Source of the DNA: a virus | Length of the DNA stretch: 64,000 bases | Direction: 5' to 3' (one strand) | Virus record (IMG/VR): IMGVR_UViG_3300034280_001042 | Coordinates: 1-64,000 of that record | Shown here: one piece after another, positions 54,778-64,000 of the stretch | Numbering within the stretch: the stretch's first letter is position 1 | Layout: each line of letters starts with the position of its first letter | The notes under the pieces: generated by a model | Seen by the model: the letters and a program-made list of their open reading frames with translations, nothing else | Told to the model about the DNA's origin: nothing | Database searches by the model: none | Position numbers and translations under genes: made by a program

Positions 54778-55643
54778 GTTCTAACTTTGTCTATAATACG
54801 CTTAATAAATTATTAGATAGTAATATTAATATATTATATGAACCAAATCAAAGCTTATTTGATGTTGTATTTCCTGAAATAGACGCAACAATATTACGAA
54901 CAGAATCAGCTTCTTCTAAGTATTTTTACTATGATGCTTATGTAACCAGTAATTTTTTCTCTCATGTAAATTATAGAAATAAATTCTTACACAATCATCA
55001 AACTCAAGACGTTGTAATCTTTCATCAAAAAACCCCAAATGTATTTAAAAAAGAAGATAAAACGATATTAAGAAACAATTTGTCTTCTGCCTATAAAATA
55101 TTTCCAACCAGCGTTATTGCAGACGAGTGGGGAATACAAGATAAAAAATCAATAACTATTAATTATGGAATACCAAGTATAAAACATGAATTAATACCAT
55201 TTAAAAACAGAAATACTGTTTTATTTATGAATTTTAATGATGATACAAATGTAAATAATTTATTTGCTAGTATTAAAACATTTTTCCCTGATGCTATTTT
55301 AATAAACAAATTAGTAAATAACAGTTTAGAAGAAACACTTAAATTAATATCCAACTATAAAATAGTTATAGATTTAGCACATCCATTCAACGCCCTATGT
55401 GCAACAGCTTGTGGGTGCTTCACTGTAACTAATCAGATTAGTGATGATTCAATTAAGTCTTGCTTGGTTACACAGAATTTTAGAGACGCAAAAGAATTAC
55501 TATCGGATATTATTAATAACGCTAATACCGATTTAATTGAAAAAGATAAAGAGTACATTATAATGAATTATTCAATGAACATCTTTATAGATAATATGAC
55601 AAAACTATTTAATAGAATCAAAATGGAGCCATTCATAATATGA
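54774..55643 (+). CDS. Divergent GT-B-like protein
   Basis: I.YGIP, YKIVID and A.ACGC. Confidence 0.45.
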   Translation: MSSNFVYNTLNKLLDSNINILYEPNQSLFDVVFPEIDATILRTESASSKYFYYDAYVTSNFFSHVNYRNKFLHNHQTQDVVIFHQKTPNVFKKEDKTILRNNLSSAYKIFPTSVIADEWGIQDKKSITINYGIPSIKHELIPFKNRNTVLFMNFNDDTNVNNLFASIKTFFPDAILINKLVNNSLEETLKLISNYKIVIDLAHPFNALCATACGCFTVTNQISDDSIKSCLVTQNFRDAKELLSDIINNANTDLIEKDKEYIIMNYSMNIFIDNMTKLFNRIKMEPFII

Positions 55644-56053
55644 AACGTAATATTCATTTGTGTAATATTCACAGTAAACAAGTATCAGATGCTGAACCAG
55701 TAGACATATCTACTATTTCTAGTGTTGTTAATTTGTCTGTCGATACTATTTTTTGCGATTCTTTAGAGTCTATAGCAGCAGAAGATTTGTCTAAAAAATT
55801 TGTAGAAATATTAAACAAAATCCGACCTAATGGATATCTGATATTAAATATCTTAGACATAAAAAAACTTTGCTCAGAGTACTTACAAAATACTATTTCA
55901 AACCAAGTTTTCTTATCACTAATCAAAGACAAAAATAATTTTATTAGTATAGATAATATATATTCTTTAATAGACACTAAACATTTTCAAATTATGAAAA
56001 TCGATACTGATCAAAATACTATTTCTGTAGTTATTCAAAGGACAAAAATATGA
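55640..56053 (+). CDS. Degenerate methyltransferase-like protein
   Basis: VD.I...LE.I..KIRPNG.LIL...D; no glycine-rich motif I. Confidence 0.4.
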   Translation: MKRNIHLCNIHSKQVSDAEPVDISTISSVVNLSVDTIFCDSLESIAAEDLSKKFVEILNKIRPNGYLILNILDIKKLCSEYLQNTISNQVFLSLIKDKNNFISIDNIYSLIDTKHFQIMKIDTDQNTISVVIQRTKI

Positions 56054-56802
56054 CAGCAACATCTTGTAAGGACTGTGTTTTTGCTCATTCAATTAATTCT
56101 ATTAAGTCATGTGATTTTAATCTTATTGATAGTATAAAAAATACTAGAGATATAGAAACTAAAGACAATTATAACTATATTCCAAACTATCACTGTAAGT
56201 ATGGCCTATCTAAAAAAACATATTACGCCAATAAGGATAAGTTTGAAGAAATTGATTTGATGAACTATATTCGACATAGAAATCTAATAAAATATTATCT
56301 TGTCATAGATTTAGAAGACGAGACTAATATTGAAGCATTATGCTTACATATCAATTCTTTATCGATTAAACCTGATTTTGTTTCTATATTAGCCTATGCA
56401 TCTGATATGGCTGATCTTATAGAAGTTATCAAAACTAACATTGGTTCGGATATAAGGTGGAAACTGCACAATTTAATAAATAAAGACATGGATCATAGTC
56501 TTGCTTTAAAGGTTGCTTTAGATACGAGTCCTATTCTTGATAAAACACAGTTTATCTGGATTAATAGATCATCTGATATGCAATATATAGCTGAGTCTGA
56601 TATTGTATCTAAAATTAACTATATCGTAAATATAGAGCAGCCTGTTTGTAATTTTGTTGGCTCTCAAATCTTATCAAGCGATAATTTCCATAATTTATTG
56701 ATGTCTGTTGCCACATACAAACACATTATTAAACATATTTCCTCTTCCTTAGCAGATGGCATAAAGCAATTAGGAACAACAGTAACAGCTTATTATGATT
56801 AA
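56050..56802 (+). CDS. Hypothetical protein with a Cys-rich N-terminus
   Basis: CKDCVFA..C..C. Confidence 0.55.
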   Translation: MTATSCKDCVFAHSINSIKSCDFNLIDSIKNTRDIETKDNYNYIPNYHCKYGLSKKTYYANKDKFEEIDLMNYIRHRNLIKYYLVIDLEDETNIEALCLHINSLSIKPDFVSILAYASDMADLIEVIKTNIGSDIRWKLHNLINKDMDHSLALKVALDTSPILDKTQFIWINRSSDMQYIAESDIVSKINYIVNIEQPVCNFVGSQILSSDNFHNLLMSVATYKHIIKHISSSLADGIKQLGTTVTAYYD

Positions 56803-57469
56803 TGTTTTAGTTTTAATACCAGAAATAACAAAGGGAATGAAATCCATTGGATCAAAATCTTTGTTAAAAATTAAAAACTCTAAATCTATCATAGAACACC
56901 AAATCGAACTATTGCTTTCTATGAAGAATAAAGTCTCTATTAATATTGCAACAGGATTTGATAATGACAAAATAAATAAAACTATAGATAAATACAAAAA
57001 TATTAATATCATATATAATGATCAATATGAAAATACTAATTATGGTAAATGTATAAAATTATTCATACAACAAAATCCGAATATTGATAATTTATTTGTG
57101 ATCGGGAGCGGTATTCTTTTTAAAGAGAATATTTTTTCGCAAAGTTCTTTTGGTAATATATCTAGAATTTTTATATTAGACAAACCAGCCAATAATTTTA
57201 ACATAGGATGTAATCCCAATAAAAATATTGAATATTTGTTTTATGATTTACCAGAGCCTTGGGCAGAGTGTGTGTATTTCGATCTTTCCGGAATCGGAGG
57301 ATTGAAAACTTTAATAGAACAGAAAAATATAGATCAGATGTATATTTTTGAAATAATCAACGATTTATTATTATTGAATATAGATTTTCAGAAAGAGTAT
57401 TTTTCTAGAAGCAAGTTTTTTAAAATATCTAGTACAAAAGACATAAATAGGGCTAAATTATTTATATGA
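56795..57469 (+). CDS. Nucleotidyltransferase-like protein (LicC/NTP_transf fold)
   Basis: GMKSIG.KSLL.I, IE.QI, TGF and N..Y..TN. Confidence 0.6.
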   Translation: MINVLVLIPEITKGMKSIGSKSLLKIKNSKSIIEHQIELLLSMKNKVSINIATGFDNDKINKTIDKYKNINIIYNDQYENTNYGKCIKLFIQQNPNIDNLFVIGSGILFKENIFSQSSFGNISRIFILDKPANNFNIGCNPNKNIEYLFYDLPEPWAECVYFDLSGIGGLKTLIEQKNIDQMYIFEIINDLLLLNIDFQKEYFSRSKFFKISSTKDINRAKLFI

Positions 57470-58194
57470 GTATATTATTTATTCAGGATTCGGATAATAA
57501 GTTCGTTAATAATATAAAATTAACACAGATTCCAAACCACCAGATAATGTTTGGTCCTATAAATCAAAATTTATATGGTTTATACTATAATTATCGTTTT
57601 AGTCATTTGATACTCATGGCTTCTATGCTGGACCAAGAAACTCTACAGTTTGTGTCAGAATATCATGCAGAAATTAAATGCTATGTATATAGCGATATTT
57701 ATATAAGTCCTAATATAGTAGAGCTATATAAGAATAAGGTTACTTTTATCTTAAGAAACAAACAGAATCATATCTCTAAAGATAATTCTATTATACTACC
57801 TAAACTAGTGAACGAAGAACTCTTTAATAGTCTCAATCAATCGCCAAACAGACATAATTCTATTATTTGTTTTATAGATCATTTAGATAAAATTCCTGAC
57901 TCATTAAATCAATATTTATATCCAATGACAAAGCTACCAATTAAATTATTTAATAATAGTAACATAAAACATCATCAAAACCTAGGAACTCTATCAGAGA
58001 TAGACAAAGCATCTATGCTGCAACAGGTTCGATATTATCTTACTATTGACGAGCACTATCTTGCTGAAGCTTGGGCTGGAGGATGCGATGTTTTGACTAT
58101 AGAGGAATTAGACCTAATACAACCCAAAAAATATAAACATAAAAAACAATGTCAAACATATAAAAGCTTTATGGAGAATTTTTTAAATGCTTAA
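57466..58194 (+). CDS. Divergent GT-B-like protein
   Basis: QNLG.LSE and Y..EA.AGGC. Confidence 0.4.
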   Translation: MSILFIQDSDNKFVNNIKLTQIPNHQIMFGPINQNLYGLYYNYRFSHLILMASMLDQETLQFVSEYHAEIKCYVYSDIYISPNIVELYKNKVTFILRNKQNHISKDNSIILPKLVNEELFNSLNQSPNRHNSIICFIDHLDKIPDSLNQYLYPMTKLPIKLFNNSNIKHHQNLGTLSEIDKASMLQQVRYYLTIDEHYLAEAWAGGCDVLTIEELDLIQPKKYKHKKQCQTYKSFMENFLNA

Positions 58195-58654
58195 ATCGTC
58201 AGATATCGGTTTTGTATCGCTAAAGCTTACTAATACTAGTTTTTATGAAAATCTACTACAAACAGCAAGACAATTTATAGATAATCAACCATACAATCAA
58301 ATTGTGGTATTTAATAGTTTTTGTGATAAAATAGATACTCATTCTGTGCCAATATTACACCTTAACCATGCTAAGTTTTTTAATGGGAATCTTATATTGT
58401 TTGATTTGGCTAGTGTTCTTTTAACACAAAGCTTCACTAATATTAAAAAACGATTTCTTTATACTAAAGACACTCCATGGGCTACTTCGCCAACTACTAA
58501 GTATACCGAATGGTTAAAGTTATATGGGTCTAGTAATCTTGATATTATTGTTCCAAACCACCAACTATATGATATATACAGCATATGTTGGAAACAACCA
58601 GTAGGAATATCGGAGAATTTTCATTATGAAGAAATCAAAAATTTTATACTCTAA
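58187..58654 (+). CDS. Hypothetical protein
   Basis: Coupled ORF; GGAG RBS. Confidence 0.55.
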   Translation: MLKSSDIGFVSLKLTNTSFYENLLQTARQFIDNQPYNQIVVFNSFCDKIDTHSVPILHLNHAKFFNGNLILFDLASVLLTQSFTNIKKRFLYTKDTPWATSPTTKYTEWLKLYGSSNLDIIVPNHQLYDIYSICWKQPVGISENFHYEEIKNFIL

Positions 58655-59423
58655 TTTGTCAGACGAAGAAAAGTATACCATATTAGATCAACTATATTCT
58701 CAACAACAACAAAGTTTTGCAGATATAGCTGATGCGTATGAGACATATCCTAATAAGGTTCGCAGAGACGCTAAGAGACTTCAAATTCAAATTAGAAATA
58801 AATCTGAGGCTCAAAAAAATGCCTTATCTTCTGGCAAACATAAACATCCAACAAAGGGTAAGCCAAGGTCTGCCGACATAAAAAAGAAAATAGGTTCTGG
58901 AGTTCTTAGTTCATGGGAAGAATTGACAGATCAAGAACTTCAGTTAAGAAAAGATAAAGCAAAAGAAAACTGGCAAAAGTTGAGTGAAGAAGAAAAACAG
59001 AACATGCAAAGAGCAGCAACTAATGCTGTAAGATTAAGTAGCAAGGTAGGATCTAAGTTAGAGAAATTTATTTTGACACAATTACTTGCAGATGGTTATT
59101 ATGTTGAATTCCACAAAGAACAAACTCTTGTAAATACCAAGTTGCAAATCGACCTGTTTCTTCCTAAGATAAACACAGCGATTGAGATTGATGGACCTTC
59201 TCATTTTTTGCCGGTTTGGGGAGAAAATGCATTACAAAAAAATATCTCCTATGATCAAAAAAAGGAAGGATTGATTCTAGGAAAAGGCTGGCATCTGATT
59301 AGGATCAAACAGCTACGAGATTTTTCTACTACCAGATCACAAATTCTATACGATAAATTAATTCAAGTAATAAGCCAAATAGATTCTAATACTACCCCAC
59401 AAAGAATTATAGTTGAGGACTAA
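58626..59423 (+). CDS. HTH, NUMOD3-like motif and Vsr/DUF559-like endonuclease
   Basis: SFADIA..Y..YP.KVRR; HPTKGKPRS...KKKIG; IDLF....AIEIDGPSHF..D..K..G..LIR. Confidence 0.7.
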   Translation: MKKSKILYSNLSDEEKYTILDQLYSQQQQSFADIADAYETYPNKVRRDAKRLQIQIRNKSEAQKNALSSGKHKHPTKGKPRSADIKKKIGSGVLSSWEELTDQELQLRKDKAKENWQKLSEEEKQNMQRAATNAVRLSSKVGSKLEKFILTQLLADGYYVEFHKEQTLVNTKLQIDLFLPKINTAIEIDGPSHFLPVWGENALQKNISYDQKKEGLILGKGWHLIRIKQLRDFSTTRSQILYDKLIQVISQIDSNTTPQRIIVED

Positions 59424-59424
59424 A

Positions 59425-60153
59425 ATGATCAAAAAAGATAAAGTTGAAAACAAGTTAGAAACTGAACATGAACAGGAAGCTGTCCGTATTCCAATTATTA
59501 CGGATATAGAATGGACAGACTATGTATTAGGTCTATTATCTGATGATGAAAAAATAGCCGGAAATCCAACAACAGATGGATTAAGAAGAGTTTTTGAAAT
59601 TGCTCTAAATTGTCTGGTAATTAATGCGTCTACTAATGTGGTCCAATCTCCGGCCCCTGACAACGAAAAAAGAGCTACTGTTGTTCACACCATTGACTAT
59701 GTATTAAAAGATGTTCCGTCAGAGGAGTCTGAGTTTAAATACAGGTCTGTAAGTGGCTCTGCTGACGTTTATTGGGGGAATTGTGACAAGATCTATCGTA
59801 ATCATCCCGTTGCTGTTGCAGAAACTCGGGCTGAAGGTAGAGCACTAAGACGAGCACTAAGGCTTAGAAAAGTTGTGGCAGCAGAAGAAATTGCCAAGGA
59901 CATGGAGGATCATCCTGATCAAAATTCTGTATCCAAGATTAGCCATAATCAAATAAATTTTGTTGACGTAATGGCACAAAGACTTAATATAAGTGTAATT
60001 AAGCTGTTGGAAAGCAATCAATTGGTAACAGATAATATCTACAATTTATTGCATGAAGATGCTGTTAAAGTAATTAGGCAGTTATCTAAATTCCAACAGA
60101 ATATATCGGAAATTCCCGAAAACATTTTAGGTTACTCTAGCGACTGGAAATAA
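59425..60153 (+). CDS. Rad52/Sak-like single-strand annealing protein (putative)
   Basis: Likely start ATG 59425 after GAGGA; GL, G.AD and AVAETRAEGRALRRAL...AEE motif. Confidence 0.55.
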   Translation: MIKKDKVENKLETEHEQEAVRIPIITDIEWTDYVLGLLSDDEKIAGNPTTDGLRRVFEIALNCLVINASTNVVQSPAPDNEKRATVVHTIDYVLKDVPSEESEFKYRSVSGSADVYWGNCDKIYRNHPVAVAETRAEGRALRRALRLRKVVAAEEIAKDMEDHPDQNSVSKISHNQINFVDVMAQRLNISVIKLLESNQLVTDNIYNLLHEDAVKVIRQLSKFQQNISEIPENILGYSSDWK

Positions 60154-60155
60154 AC

Positions 60156-60491
60156 ATGAAAGTTACTTATAAGGCTAATGATAAGCTACAGTTTGAACTT
60201 GAAGGATCTGGACAAAAGGAAGTATTCAAAGAACTCTCCTTAATACAAGAAATCTTCAGCGAAGACAAATGCGGAGCTTGTGGTAAAAATAACTTTAAGT
60301 TCGTAGTTAGAAATGTTGATAGTAATGACTATTATGAACTAAGATGTAATGAATGTAGTGCTGTCTTATCATTTGGTCAACACAAAAAGGGTGGTACTTT
60401 ATTTCCAAAGCGCAAAGATGACGAAGGAACATATCTACCCAACAAGGGATGGCACAAGTGGGTACCGGACGGAAAAGAAGCTAAGAAGTAA
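60156..60491 (+). CDS. Zinc-ribbon hypothetical protein
   Basis: CGACG...YYELRCNEC. Confidence 0.6.
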   Translation: MKVTYKANDKLQFELEGSGQKEVFKELSLIQEIFSEDKCGACGKNNFKFVVRNVDSNDYYELRCNECSAVLSFGQHKKGGTLFPKRKDDEGTYLPNKGWHKWVPDGKEAKK

Positions 60492-60492
60492 T

Positions 60493-60897
60493 TTAGATCT
60501 CTTTTTTCCACTTTCCAACTGGACACTCTTGATCCGCCCAAGCCAATTTACTAGCAAACATTTTGTTACGAAATAAGGGACACCCACATTTTGTACATGT
60601 GTCTTCTTTAAAGAATTCACAAGTCATACAGATGTCATGTCTTTTAATAATCTGTTCTTCTGTACAGGTAGGCATTCCTGTTTTTAAATGATTAATTGCA
60701 GCACCAGCAAAGTTCTTAATCTTTTGGGAAAAAGAAATTTTATCCTCTAATGATCTTTGCAAAGATTTTTTACACGGAAACATCGGTGGAGAATCGATAG
60801 GATCCTGAACAGTTATTTTTATTCCACAGTTTTTGCATTCGTAGTGAATATTATCAAGTGTTATAAACTCACAAAAGATATTATATGTCGTATTCAT
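60493..60897 (-). CDS. Cys-rich protein (R..IC..C...C..CGC...K...CP.GKW, DUF6171-like)
   Basis: C-terminal Cys motif; overlaps the end of the upstream minus-strand gene. Confidence 0.7.
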   Translation of the reverse strand: MNTTYNIFCEFITLDNIHYECKNCGIKITVQDPIDSPPMFPCKKSLQRSLEDKISFSQKIKNFAGAAINHLKTGMPTCTEEQIIKRHDICMTCEFFKEDTCTKCGCPLFRNKMFASKLAWADQECPVGKWKKEI

Positions 60898-63800
60898 ATG
60901 GAATAAGTTCCCATGGAGACAAACTCTTTAACTCATCTGTTTTATTCTCTATGCCATCAACGCTACCAAAAAAGGCTCTATACAACATTTCATTTTGTAA
61001 CTTTAAAAAATCTGGAGTTGTGCTATATTGTAGTTGATTATTTTGGTCTTTCTGCAAACACTGCCATACATAAAAATAATTATTTAAACTTTGACCAATA
61101 TTTAGTTCCGGTGGAGACTCAAAACTGGAGTTAGGTCTAAACTCAGTTCCAGCGCTACCATATTTGTATACTGTAGTATAATAATCTATGGATCTAACTT
61201 GTCTAGGAACTTTTCGGAATCTAACCTTAAGTGTATTTTGATCGTCTAAATTAAAAATATTGTAAACTCTAGTTAGGGTATTCTGTCTAGAACCAAATGG
61301 ACCAGCTAATCCCTTACTGACATCCGCAGACCCATCGTTTTTATAGCAACTAGTCGGAATTGGATTGTTGTCAGTTTTAATATGACAAGGAACGGCTAAA
61401 AGATAGGTTTCTGTTGCTCTTACAACAAGGTCTTGAGTACCGGCGGCGAAATCGTCATTAACAAAAAAAGTTCGTTCAACAATATGATTAGTTTTCCATT
61501 TGATATTAGGATATTTAGTTTCATATTCTTGTTTTTGTTTGTCAATAGTAACTTGTGGAATTTCATATGTAATCCTCATATCACTTCCAAACAAACCTCC
61601 AGGAATAGATCCCGCTCCGAGACTAACAGCCCCACCAGATACAGGTATTTGACCACCAGCTAACATATTGCCAGGACAAATATTGTTGTCTAGTGGTCCA
61701 CTAGCAGCATTAGCGTATCCACATACATATTGAGTTTTGATTAAAATTTTAGGACAGTCTTCTTCAGCAATACTACAAGATTGTTTTGGGTCGATATTTA
61801 TCCAATAATAATTATCAGATATGTCTTCATATGTAATAGATAAAGAACCTTCTCCTACAGTATTATTACTGTTTTGATTAGCTGGTGTTACCGATACTCT
61901 AGTATATGGTAAAATACTCGAATTGGATGTTTTGGCTGTATAAGTAACATTTCCGTCTGCATCTGTTGTTCTAGTCGTTTGATTTTGTAATAGTCTTATG
62001 AGATCATTTCTTTCTTTATATCTATTAAGTATTGCTTGTTTAGTTAATCTTTTATAACAAGAAGATCTATTACTAGAATTTGATTTTTGATAGCACGATA
62101 GTGGGTCTTCTTCTAAAGAATTATAGTGATTTTCTAAGTCAGAAATACTACCCACATTGATAATATTTGAAGTTCGAGCAGGTTTACCTATCTCGCTGGT
62201 TATATCTATATTATTAGACTCTAAGGAATTAAGCCTAGTCACCACAGTAGTAATAGTCTCTTGATCTAAATGGTTGGTTGGTGCTGCTTGTATGTAGTCT
62301 TCATCAAAAATTATTTCTCCATATCTAACGCTAGATAGTTCTTCGGATGCTAAATGAGGACATTTAATAAAAATAATTTGCATAGCAGTGTCAGGAATAT
62401 CTGCTACAGTATTCGTTAACGCTTCAAGCAGAGTTTCGTATTGTGCATCTGTCATATTAGGATGACGAATAAATTTGAATCCCCCATTCAAGAAAATATT
62501 CTTAATATCTTTGAGAGAGCAGGCATAACCTAAAGCTCCATTATTATTTTCTATAGGAGTAACTGTGGTTGTAGTCTGTCCATCTTCAGTTAATGATTCT
62601 GTAAATATTGTCATATTATTAAATTTAAATCTATCATTAATATGATTATTAAATAGTTCATATATTGTTTTAAGTTGATTCTTTTGTAGTTTATAGGTTA
62701 AAATTTCTTTGTTTTTGAATGGAGAACCATTACCATATGCTCCTAGTCCAGTAGTAGAAAATTGAGTGTCTGGTACTGTCTGATGTATTTGTTCTTTTTC
62801 CAAACCCCAAACATTGATTGGTTGTTCTGTAATCTTGGTTGTTTGTGGTTTAAATACTACAATTGTGTCACTATTACTAACGTGACTAATAAGATTATTG
62901 GTATTAATAGAAGCTGACAACTCTAATACCGTGTAGTATCTATTGTCTTTGATAATGAGTCCCTTTTGATTAATAATAACAGAGACTGGGTCGGTACTAT
63001 CTCTTGTAGATTCATTATATATATTAACCGTATCTGAAACACCAAATACGTAAAATGGTATTTTACCCTCTAAGAGAACAAGATTATTCAGAGGGGAGTT
63101 GAAGATATTTGTTTTATAGCTTAATATATTATTGTGTGATAAAATTTTATTAGAACTAACTAAGCGCCCAGGCTCTAACGGTAAATCGCTGTCACGAGAA
63201 CCTGATTTGGTAATTCTATAAATAGTATCGTTATCTTTAATATAAAACCCACCAAGGTAGTCCTGTGCCAAAGGAACTGTACAGGTTAATTGAAACAATG
63301 TCCCATCTGCTAGACTGCTTATTTTATCTATGTCTTTGATTTTGCTCGCAAGATAAGATACATTTGACTCTGTACCTTCTTGAGCATTAATTAAATCTAG
63401 TTCTCCTAAAGATATGTTAATAAACATATTATTATCTAATAATTGACCAACGTCTGTAACGGATTCCATAGCAAATTCTGATAGTCCCGGCATAGTTCCT
63501 CTGCCTAACTTAACAAATTTGTATTTATTGTGTTCAAGAACTGGAGTATTTTTATACTTAAAGACAGAAGCTTCTAATTTATACCAAATACCACCATCTT
63601 TACTAACGTTTAATAGTATCTTTTCTGGAGAACCAAAAGGGAAATTACTATATCTTGGAGCATAGGCGAATCTTGCTTTTTCTGTGATATTATTATATAA
63701 TCTGTTGCTAGCAAAATACTCCATAATCTGATTAAAACCGCTGGAGTAACTGGCTCCAAAACCCATAGTTGCTCCAATCAGACCTCCTCCTCCTGATGCA

Positions 63801-63982
63801 AAACCGGATGTTGTGCCTACCATAATGTTAAGTATAGCATCTGTCGGGAAAGTAGGAGGCCTAATCATAGATGCTTTGGGTCTGTTGTCGGGGTCGGCAA
63901 AATCACAGAGAGAAGAGTCGTTAATATACACATATGGAGCATTTAGATTAACATTCGGTAATAGATGTTTTTTATTGCTCAT
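60881..63982 (-). CDS. Large hypothetical protein, probably structural
   Basis: 1033-aa ORF with no recognisable motif. Confidence 0.65.
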   Translation of the reverse strand: MSNKKHLLPNVNLNAPYVYINDSSLCDFADPDNRPKASMIRPPTFPTDAILNIMVGTTSGFASGGGGLIGATMGFGASYSSGFNQIMEYFASNRLYNNITEKARFAYAPRYSNFPFGSPEKILLNVSKDGGIWYKLEASVFKYKNTPVLEHNKYKFVKLGRGTMPGLSEFAMESVTDVGQLLDNNMFINISLGELDLINAQEGTESNVSYLASKIKDIDKISSLADGTLFQLTCTVPLAQDYLGGFYIKDNDTIYRITKSGSRDSDLPLEPGRLVSSNKILSHNNILSYKTNIFNSPLNNLVLLEGKIPFYVFGVSDTVNIYNESTRDSTDPVSVIINQKGLIIKDNRYYTVLELSASINTNNLISHVSNSDTIVVFKPQTTKITEQPINVWGLEKEQIHQTVPDTQFSTTGLGAYGNGSPFKNKEILTYKLQKNQLKTIYELFNNHINDRFKFNNMTIFTESLTEDGQTTTTVTPIENNNGALGYACSLKDIKNIFLNGGFKFIRHPNMTDAQYETLLEALTNTVADIPDTAMQIIFIKCPHLASEELSSVRYGEIIFDEDYIQAAPTNHLDQETITTVVTRLNSLESNNIDITSEIGKPARTSNIINVGSISDLENHYNSLEEDPLSCYQKSNSSNRSSCYKRLTKQAILNRYKERNDLIRLLQNQTTRTTDADGNVTYTAKTSNSSILPYTRVSVTPANQNSNNTVGEGSLSITYEDISDNYYWINIDPKQSCSIAEEDCPKILIKTQYVCGYANAASGPLDNNICPGNMLAGGQIPVSGGAVSLGAGSIPGGLFGSDMRITYEIPQVTIDKQKQEYETKYPNIKWKTNHIVERTFFVNDDFAAGTQDLVVRATETYLLAVPCHIKTDNNPIPTSCYKNDGSADVSKGLAGPFGSRQNTLTRVYNIFNLDDQNTLKVRFRKVPRQVRSIDYYTTVYKYGSAGTEFRPNSSFESPPELNIGQSLNNYFYVWQCLQKDQNNQLQYSTTPDFLKLQNEMLYRAFFGSVDGIENKTDELKSLSPWELIPYEYDI

Positions 63983-64000
63983 ATCCGCAATAAAACCATA

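Noticed and set aside
59142-59170. TTGCAA-17-TAAGAT possible promoter
   Set aside because: Inside a CDS, about 250 nt from the next start, and an imperfect match in AT-rich DNA
1194-61663. Short antisense or nested ORFs in the six-frame track (e.g. 9052..9441, 51678..52127, 7397..7666, 60913..61134)
   Set aside because: They shadow well-supported genes and lack recognisable motifs; the Val/Gly-rich ones are simply the reverse of Thr/Pro codons
1-64000. Alternative genetic code (TAG or TGA recoding)
   Set aside because: Conserved genes are full length in code 11, and TAA, TAG and TGA all end genes at expected positions

Overview
This window is a 64-kb segment of a large, AT-rich dsDNA bacteriophage genome read in the standard code. 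Genes are densely packed and almost all on the + strand until a convergent switch at about 60.5 kb. The host is inferred, not shown, to be a planctomycete or other PVC bacterium. Layout: (1) 1-11.6 kb holds putative virion surface proteins (a TTTGG/pentapeptide-repeat protein and two Thr/Pro mucin-like stalk plus beta-propeller proteins, one tipped with a circularly permuted FGE/C-type-lectin domain). These are interleaved with a cassette of small membrane proteins around a papain-family peptidase. (2) 11.7-34.3 kb is a roughly 27-gene glycan-building island (RgpF, fucosyltransferase-like, GT2/7/8/32/34/64-like, three methyltransferases, a sulfotransferase-fold protein) with paralog duplication and deletion scars. 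(3) 34.3-52.1 kb covers nucleotide metabolism and a bacterial-type replisome: dCMP deaminase, class II RNR, PhoH, HNH, RecA, DnaB, primase, dNMP kinase, a Cas4/RecB-like nuclease with a probable AUU start, an intein-free split DnaE with a DnaQ-like exonuclease gene between the halves, and SSB. (4) 52.1-58.7 kb is a second, more degenerate glycosyltransferase cluster, followed by a Vsr-like endonuclease and a Rad52-like annealing protein. (5) Two minus-strand genes end the window. No tRNA, rRNA, CRISPR array, reverse transcriptase or integrase was seen. All family calls come from motif recognition by eye; no database search was run.
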